DNA of 13,446 nt from Candidatus Hodarchaeum mangrovi (lineage in GTDB: Archaea; Asgardarchaeota; Heimdallarchaeia; Hodarchaeales; Hodarchaeaceae). Below are positions 7,491 to 13,446 of this stretch, piece after piece. Where the stretch lies: the NCBI GenBank assembly GCA_016839515.1, contig JAEOUE010000285.1, forward strand, positions 1 to 13,446, written 5' to 3'. Below the pieces are notes generated by a model. That model saw nothing but the letters and a program-made list of their open reading frames with translations. It did not search any database and was not told the origin of the DNA. The number at the start of each line of letters is the position of its first letter. The stretch's first letter is position 1. The translations under genes were made by a program, and so were the position numbers.

Positions 7491-7634
7491 AGCTTCAAAG
7501 CTTGGCTAGCACTTTTCAGTCATGTTGAGTTGGAGTTTTGTTAGAGTCACTCACTTTCTTTAAATGGTTGGAAGTTCCAATGTGCGTACTCTCCATGAGA
7601 GATCTTTTCAAGAAAAATTTTTTTGTATCCAGTC

Positions 7635-7960
7635 ATTTCTCACAGCATCGGATCATGTCTGCAGTTTTATTTCTCTTCATCTCCTTGAAATTTACTCCTA
7701 GTCTATCAATCTCCCTTTGGTGAAAATAATAGATAAAATTATACCCCATCCTTCCTTCTTAATTTTTCCGGGTGAGGTCTTTTCTATGATGTACCACCCT
7801 TTCTTCCAATCTGATGCATCGGATATTCACTTGCCTCAATGAAGTCTCGGTCTATATGTGAGAGGATGCACCAATTGAATGAACTTTATTTCATTCATTG
7901 TCATATCCTTTTCACTAGATATTGGTAATAAAGTGATTGTCTAGTGTTTAGGATTAATCT
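7635..7960 (-). pseudogene. Possible decayed wHTH (COG3355/TrmB-like) regulator
   Basis: Fragments in changing frames: LPISSEKDMTMNEI / HIDRD / VNIRCIRLEERVVHHRKDLTRKN*EGRMGYNFIYY / EMKRNKTADMIRCCEK. The order fits HTH helix 2, recognition helix, wing with G-Y-x-Y/F-x-Y, and a C-terminal helix. Confidence 0.35.
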
Positions 7961-8046
7961 CTTCAAAGGACGATTTTCTCTTTTAATTTCTCTTTTGACT
8001 TTAAATTTTACCTTAACTCCCTTTAATATGACTCTTTTCATTTTAT

Positions 8047-8688
8047 TTAAAGTACTGAGTTATGTGCTCCATTTATTGAACGAATTTCCTTTTTTAAAAG
8101 TTCTAAATTACGATTATAATAGTATAGATGAGGTGTTGTGAGTTCTAAATCGAATTCAAGGATTTTTTCAGGTGTCATTCTTTCAAGGTGCATCATTATA
8201 GCTCTAAGACTATTCCCATGTCCTACCATTAGAACATTTTTTCCATCTCTTATGTAATTCATTACTGAACTCTCTAAATAGGGAATGATTCGTTTTTGAC
8301 AGTCCTTTAAACTTTCCCCCCCTGGTGGTTTTTCATCATAGCTTCTTCGCCATTTTCTTACAAGCTCCTTTCCATATAATTGAATTACTTCACCTTTATT
8401 TTTTCCTTGAAGTGTTCCATAATGTCGTTCATTAAGGAGGTCTATCTTTATCACTGGTATATTCCAGTTATTGGTCTCCAATATAATTTCAAGAGACTCT
8501 CCAGCTCGTTTTAATACAGAAGTAAATGCAATATCGAATTTTAATTCAGAGATTTTTTTAGCTGCTTTTACTGTATCTTTTTTACCCTGTTTAGATAAAG
8601 GAACATCTGTCCACCCTGTGAAGATATTTTGATAATTCCAAGTTGATTCTCCATGTCTTATTAGACATAATAAAGCTCCTTTCACCAT
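8047..8688 (-). CDS. gpmA: 2,3-bisphosphoglycerate-dependent phosphoglycerate mutase, short form
   Basis: LIRHGES, FTGWTDVPL, LNERHYGTLQG, WRRSYD, GESLKD, GHGNSLRA; 213 aa; SD AGAGGT upstream. Confidence 0.88.
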   Translation of the reverse strand: MVKGALLCLIRHGESTWNYQNIFTGWTDVPLSKQGKKDTVKAAKKISELKFDIAFTSVLKRAGESLEIILETNNWNIPVIKIDLLNERHYGTLQGKNKGEVIQLYGKELVRKWRRSYDEKPPGGESLKDCQKRIIPYLESSVMNYIRDGKNVLMVGHGNSLRAIMMHLERMTPEKILEFDLELTTPHLYYYNRNLELLKKEIRSINGAHNSVL

Positions 8689-8809
8689 TTAATACCTCTA
8701 ATTTCCTTTAAATCAAAAACTTTTTCTTTTTCGTTTTTATCAAATAAATTTTGGGGAAGATTGTTAAGCTTAATCAAATGGTTGGATTATTTGCTTCAGG
8801 AGTGATATT

Positions 8810-9559
8810 ATGGTATACAAGCTAGTGTTATTACGTCATGGTGAATCTACATGGAATAAGATAAATAAATTTACTGGTTGGACCGATGTTGACCTTTCTG
8901 ATAAAGGAATTGAAGAAACTCACCTTGCAGGAAAAGTTTTACTTGAAGAGGGGTATCAGTTTGATATAGCTTTTACTTCTGTCTTAAAACGAGCTATCCG
9001 TACATTATGGATAACTCTCGATGTAATGGATCTCATGTGGATCCCTGTTTATCGTTCATGGCGATTAAATGAGCGACATTATGGTGCTCTTCAGGGTTTA
9101 AATAAAGCAGAGACTGCAGCTAAACATGGTGAAGAACAAGTTTTAATCTGGAGGCGTAGTTACGACATCCCCCCTCCTCCCCTCTCTGAGAATGATGAAA
9201 GATATCCTGGGAAAGACAGGAGATATAATGAACTATCTAAATCAGAAGTTCCGTTAACTGAATGTTTAAAAGATACAGTTTTCCGTGTTCTTCCTTATTG
9301 GCACGAGGTTATTGCTCCAGTCATTCATTCTGGTAAAAGAGTGTTAATTGCTGCTCATGGAAATAGCTTACGAGCTCTAGTAAAATTTTTAGATAAAGTC
9401 TCAGATGAAGAAATCTTAAAATTAAATATTCCTACTGGAATTCCTCTTGTTTATGAATTAAATAAAGAGTTAATACCAATCAAACATTACTATCTAGGAG
9501 ATCCAAAAGTTATTCAACAGGCAATGCAAAAGGTTGCTGATCAGGGAAAGGTAAAATAG
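8810..9559 (+). CDS. gpmA: 2,3-bisphosphoglycerate-dependent phosphoglycerate mutase, long (E. coli-like) form
   Basis: [77 protein letters not shown]; SD AGGAGTGA. Confidence 0.96.
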   Translation: MVYKLVLLRHGESTWNKINKFTGWTDVDLSDKGIEETHLAGKVLLEEGYQFDIAFTSVLKRAIRTLWITLDVMDLMWIPVYRSWRLNERHYGALQGLNKAETAAKHGEEQVLIWRRSYDIPPPPLSENDERYPGKDRRYNELSKSEVPLTECLKDTVFRVLPYWHEVIAPVIHSGKRVLIAAHGNSLRALVKFLDKVSDEEILKLNIPTGIPLVYELNKELIPIKHYYLGDPKVIQQAMQKVADQGKVK

Positions 9560-9571
9560 AAAGATTACTAC

Positions 9572-10036
9572 TCACTTTAGCATATACAATATTTTTCCCT
9601 TTTCTTCTTTTTTGTTGATATAATTCAGTTTGAAAAGCTGTTCTAGATATTTTTTTTCTGTTTCTTTTTTTCGATGTGTAATTTGTGCAATATTACCTGC
9701 TTGTACAGGATCGTTTAATCTTTTCAAAATTAAGAATGTCCGGTTTAAACGTCTTGGGACTTCAACATAAGTAATTTTTTCTTTTAATTCCAAGGCTATC
9801 TCCCGACTTATGACATCTACCTTTCTCGATGTTAATAAAATATTAATAGCTGTTTTTACTGTAATAAGACGATTTTCAGTTGTCCCACTTTTTAAAATAT
9901 CTCTTATTAGATCATCTGTGGGAATATGACTGTTTTTAAATATTTCAAGAGCACTAGGAGTTATTTCAAAGTTAAGTTTCCCCAATTGAGTTAAAAGGTA
10001 CTCATCAGACATGTTTAGCATTCCATTATAATTCAA
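9572..10036 (-). CDS. Hypothetical protein: PolD DP1 N-terminal-like domain plus C-terminal winged helix
   Basis: N-part LGKLNFEITPSALEIF...RLITVKTAINIL; C-part RTFLILKRLNDPVQAGNIAQITHRKKETEKKYLEQLFKLNYINKKEEKGKILY (wHTH). Likely start ATG 10012 (MSDEY). Confidence 0.6.
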   Translation of the reverse strand: MNYNGMLNMSDEYLLTQLGKLNFEITPSALEIFKNSHIPTDDLIRDILKSGTTENRLITVKTAINILLTSRKVDVISREIALELKEKITYVEVPRRLNRTFLILKRLNDPVQAGNIAQITHRKKETEKKYLEQLFKLNYINKKEEKGKILYMLK

Positions 10037-10178
10037 TAATAGATTGATATACTGAAATGAGTATCTTTCTCAAAAGGATTTCTAATAATGGATTAATGTG
10101 TGATATAATTAAAAACTAAAGATTGGGACTTTAAATTATCCACAGACTTTTAATGGCTTCTGATTTCCAATGTAAATA

Positions 10179-10679
10179 ATGAAAGATTTCCAGAAAATTA
10201 GTAAGAATTGTATATATAGGAATGTATTTTTTTGTTCTTATTGGGATAAGGATAAATCAGAGTCAAAGGAACAAAAAACTCAGTGCCATTTTTTACACTG
10301 TCCTATTTTTTCTGGGGAGCTTAGAATTACCACTGAACCTTTAAATAATCTTGAAAATCCCAGTATAGTTAATTTTACGGTTGATGATTTTGACAACAAA
10401 CTTCGATCGGTCCAAAATATAATTGAAGAATTTAGGAAAAATGACCTTGAGTTTTTTAAATCATCAGATAAACCTTTATCTGCAATAAGCGTCAAATCAA
10501 TGATTAAAAGGATGGTTTGCGCGATTTGTGGGGAAAATATTGATGATGAGAAATATATTATGATCAATGATCCAACTGGAGTTCAAATATATATTCACTC
10601 TAAAGGAAAATGTGCTATACGATTTGATAGGATAAAAGAAACAAGAGAAAAGTGGTTATCAACTCTCGAGATGGAATGA
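10179..10679 (+). CDS. Hypothetical protein with two putative metal-binding Cys/His clusters
   Basis: C11-x7-C19-x16-C36-x4-C41-P at the N-terminus and CxxC-x22-H-x4-C near the C-terminus. Confidence 0.7.
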   Translation: MKDFQKISKNCIYRNVFFCSYWDKDKSESKEQKTQCHFLHCPIFSGELRITTEPLNNLENPSIVNFTVDDFDNKLRSVQNIIEEFRKNDLEFFKSSDKPLSAISVKSMIKRMVCAICGENIDDEKYIMINDPTGVQIYIHSKGKCAIRFDRIKETREKWLSTLEME

Positions 10680-10831
10680 TTAGGAAGAAAATTAATAAAA
10701 AGAAATTATGGATCCTTGCTTATTTCCTGAAATCTCTTTATATTCTGAATTAATTAAGCTCGATTCTCATGGATATTGTTTAATTCTAGAATTTCACAAG
10801 ATTTAGAAAAAATTTAATTTAAATTAGTAGG

Positions 10832-12889
10832 TTGGATTTAATGAAAGTGCAAAAATTGCCTAGTTCAGAAGATTTTGTTAAACTAAAATTCGTGACAACC
10901 CCATCATTGTCAAGAAATGGACAGAAGCTTATATTTGCCATTCGTCAAGTTGATGAGAAAAAAAATCAATATTCTTCGGACCTTTTTATGTACGATGTTT
11001 CTCAAAACCATATTATTAAATTTACAAGTGGAAATTTTGTTGATACAAGTCCCCAATTTTCTCCTGACGGAAATAAAATTGCATTCTTAAGTTCAAGAGG
11101 AGAGAATGGTATGCAAATCTTTTGTATAGATGTTAATGGAGGTGAAGCTATCCAAGTTACTAGATTCCCTAAGGGGATTATTAATTTTGTTTGGAGCCAT
11201 GATAGCCAAAAAATTCACTTAATAGCACGTGTCAAAGCAGAAGAATTAGAAGAGTTGACTTCTAATAAAAATTTACCTCCTTCATATGTTTTGGAACCAT
11301 CAGAATTTGTAGCATTCAAATCAAGTAAAGAAGAGATATCAAGATTGAAAAGTGATCCAAAGGTGATCAGAGATGGTTATTATCGCGAGGGAACGGCATA
11401 TTTAGAAGGAAGGTATTCACAACCTTTTGTAATCAACGTGAATGGATTTAATGATGATTTTTCTTTCAAACCAAATCACAATCTTCTTTATATTGGTGAA
11501 ATTGGATTTCATTATACATTAGGAGTTTTTACAAGGGATAATTCCTCTATAATTCTTTCAAAATTTCAGGAAGATCCTACACTTTCAATGAAGCATGATA
11601 TAGAGAGAATAAATATTATTGACCCTAAGAATAAAGAGTTAATTGGGACAGCTTTTGGATGGCTTAACAATTTTCAAATTTCCCCAGATGGAGATTTAGT
11701 TTCTTATGAGACTATTCGAGAAGACCAAACTATTTATGATGATAATCAGGTATTTTTAATAAATTTGGAAAAACTAGGTTCGACTAATATTCGATGTTTA
11801 ACCAAAAATTTTCCTAGATCAGCGAGTCAATCTCAATGGATAAGTAATGATTCACTCCTCTTCCTGAGTCCAAGTGAGGGTAGAATTAATATTAATAAAA
11901 TAGATATAGAAGATGAGAAAGTAGATTTAGTAGTTTCAGGTGATCGAAATATTAATTCTTTTTCAGCCTCATTAAATAATTGTGTTGCGTTTGAAGTTTC
12001 TCATTTTTCTAGCCCTAGTGACCTTTATTTCATAAATTTAGAAAATTCAATAGAAAATCGTGTTACTAACGTAAATCAAGAATATTTGAGTGAATATAAA
12101 CCACCTCAATTGATCGAAATTCAATTTGAGAACGGTGGATTCCAAGAACAGGCTTGGCTCTTCCTCCCCTACGCTCATAATGGACATGATGATTTACCTG
12201 TAATTTTTGAAGTTCATGGTGGTCCTGCAGTTATGTGGTCCCCTCATGAACGAACAATGTGGCATGAATGGAATACATTTGTTTCTAATGGTTATGCTGT
12301 TATTTTCTGTAATCCTCGTGGTTCTGATGGGTATGGAATTGAGTTTAGAGCTTCATGCTTTAAGAATTGGGGGTATTTGCCCGCTTCAGATATTTTTGCA
12401 TGTATTGATACTATTTTTGGGAAATATTCTTTCCTCAATCTTAACCAGCTCTTCTTAACTGGTGGCTCTTATGGAGGCTATATGACTACATGGTTGATTA
12501 CACAAACGAACAAATTTAAAGCTGCAGTAACTCAAAGAGGAGTTTATGACTATTTGGCGTTTAGTACGACGACTGATATTCCTCAATGGTTTGAAAGACA
12601 ATATGATGGTGAAATTATTGATCGGTTCAAAGAGATATGGACTGATCAACCAATAGCTCATGTTCGATCGATTTCTACTCCATTACTTATAATTCATTCT
12701 GAAAATGATTTTCGTGTTCCAATTGTAAGTGCAGAACAACTTTTTTGGCTATGTAAGAGATATAATAAAGAAGTAGAATTTGTTCGTTATCCTCGAGATG
12801 GACATGAACTTTCACGGAGTGGGGAACCCCGTCATGTTATTGATCGAATAAATCGAATACTTAATTGGTTTGCTAAATATAATCACTAA
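10832..12889 (+). CDS. S9-family serine peptidase (prolyl oligopeptidase/acylaminoacyl-peptidase type)
   Basis: TolB/PD40-like propeller (PQFSPDGNKIAFLSSR), VHGGP, NPRGSDGYG, nucleophile GGSYGG, ENDFRV (Asp) and GHELSRSG (His). Start probably ATG 10841. Confidence 0.95.
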   Translation: MDLMKVQKLPSSEDFVKLKFVTTPSLSRNGQKLIFAIRQVDEKKNQYSSDLFMYDVSQNHIIKFTSGNFVDTSPQFSPDGNKIAFLSSRGENGMQIFCIDVNGGEAIQVTRFPKGIINFVWSHDSQKIHLIARVKAEELEELTSNKNLPPSYVLEPSEFVAFKSSKEEISRLKSDPKVIRDGYYREGTAYLEGRYSQPFVINVNGFNDDFSFKPNHNLLYIGEIGFHYTLGVFTRDNSSIILSKFQEDPTLSMKHDIERINIIDPKNKELIGTAFGWLNNFQISPDGDLVSYETIREDQTIYDDNQVFLINLEKLGSTNIRCLTKNFPRSASQSQWISNDSLLFLSPSEGRININKIDIEDEKVDLVVSGDRNINSFSASLNNCVAFEVSHFSSPSDLYFINLENSIENRVTNVNQEYLSEYKPPQLIEIQFENGGFQEQAWLFLPYAHNGHDDLPVIFEVHGGPAVMWSPHERTMWHEWNTFVSNGYAVIFCNPRGSDGYGIEFRASCFKNWGYLPASDIFACIDTIFGKYSFLNLNQLFLTGGSYGGYMTTWLITQTNKFKAAVTQRGVYDYLAFSTTTDIPQWFERQYDGEIIDRFKEIWTDQPIAHVRSISTPLLIIHSENDFRVPIVSAEQLFWLCKRYNKEVEFVRYPRDGHELSRSGEPRHVIDRINRILNWFAKYNH

Positions 12890-12903
12890 GGAGAGTAATT
12901 AAC

Positions 12904-13446
12904 CTGGCAGTAAATTTCTGGAGACGCCCTTTCTCTGGAAGATCAGCTATTCATGCTAAAAATGGAATTGTAGCTTCTTCTCAACCTTTAGCTTCATCTG
13001 TGGGCTTAGAAATTCTAAAAAAAGGAGGAAATGCTATTGATGCTTCAATTGCGATGGCTGCGATGTTGAATGTAGTTGAACCTTTTTCAACAGGTATCGG
13101 AGGTGATGCTTTTGCTCTAATCTATATTCCAGGTGAGAAAAGACCTTTAGCAATTAATGGATCAGGCTTTGCCCCAAAGTCTCTTTCTTATAAATATTTA
13201 ACTGAAGAATTAGGGTTGACATCAATACCTTTAACTGGATTTCTTCCTATCACTGTTCCAGGGGCTTTAAGTTTGTGGGAGACAACTCATGAAAAATTAG
13301 GAAAATTATCTTGGGAGACTATTCTTGCCCCTGCTATATATTACGCTAAAAATGGTTTCCCAATAAGTCCTGTTATTGCACAAGTATGGAAAGAATTAGA
13401 ACCCAAGCTTTTTCTTAATGAAGGAGCCACTAATACTTATTTAATT
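12904..13446 (+). CDS. ggt: Gamma-glutamyltransferase, N-terminal part (runs off window end)
   Basis: Manual translation: GRSAIHAKNGIVASSQPLASSVGLEILKKGGNAIDASIAMAAMLNVVEPFSTGIGGDAFAL...INGSG...ITVPGAL...PAIYYAKNGFPIS, open to the window end. Proposed start CTG 12904, 10 nt after AGGAG. Confidence 0.93.
   Translation, partial: MAVNFWRRPFSGRSAIHAKNGIVASSQPLASSVGLEILKKGGNAIDASIAMAAMLNVVEPFSTGIGGDAFALIYIPGEKRPLAINGSGFAPKSLSYKYLTEELGLTSIPLTGFLPITVPGALSLWETTHEKLGKLSWETILAPAIYYAKNGFPISPVIAQVWKELEPKLFLNEGATNTYLI

Noticed and set aside
7538-8141. ORFs 7538..7723 and 7944..8141 (+), and a 46-codon basic ORF 7901..8041 (-)
   Set aside because: Short, no clear SD or family motif; they overlap the histone upstream region, the wHTH relic or the end of gpmA.
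10280-12661. ORFs 10280..10567, 12207..12458 and 12455..12661
   Set aside because: Shadows inside well-supported genes.
1-13446. CRISPR array, tRNA/rRNA, IS element or integrase
   Set aside because: No regularly spaced direct repeats, GC-rich cloverleaf, terminal inverted repeats or transposase motifs seen by eye.

Overview
AT-rich archaeal genomic window (roughly 30% GC by eye). An HMf-type histone, archaeal TATA/GGTGA signals and a surface protein with a hydrophobic+basic C-terminal tail suggest an Asgard archaeon, probably Heimdallarchaeia/Hodarchaeales-like (inference). Apparently intact genes: partial TPR protein, ferritin-like protein, Asp-box beta-propeller surface protein, MTH1187 thiamine-binding protein, a 4-TM protein with a C-terminal HEPN-like RNxxxH domain, a membrane protein, a histone, two head-to-head cofactor-dependent phosphoglycerate mutases, a PolD-DP1N-like/winged-helix protein, a two-Zn-site protein, an S9 peptidase and a partial gamma-glutamyltransferase with no canonical start codon. 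Most long spacers contain decayed genes that the ORF track misses: a CPBP protease, a dsrE-tusA pair with a divergent Cx5C regulator, a GH2 glycosidase and a second wHTH regulator. No rRNA, tRNA, CRISPR array or IS element was seen. All family calls come from motif recognition by eye, not database searches. Best candidates for new biology: the membrane-anchored HEPN protein, the stand-alone DP1N-wHTH protein, the Cys-regulator/TusA/DsrE divergon and the GTGAG operator array around the histone promoter.
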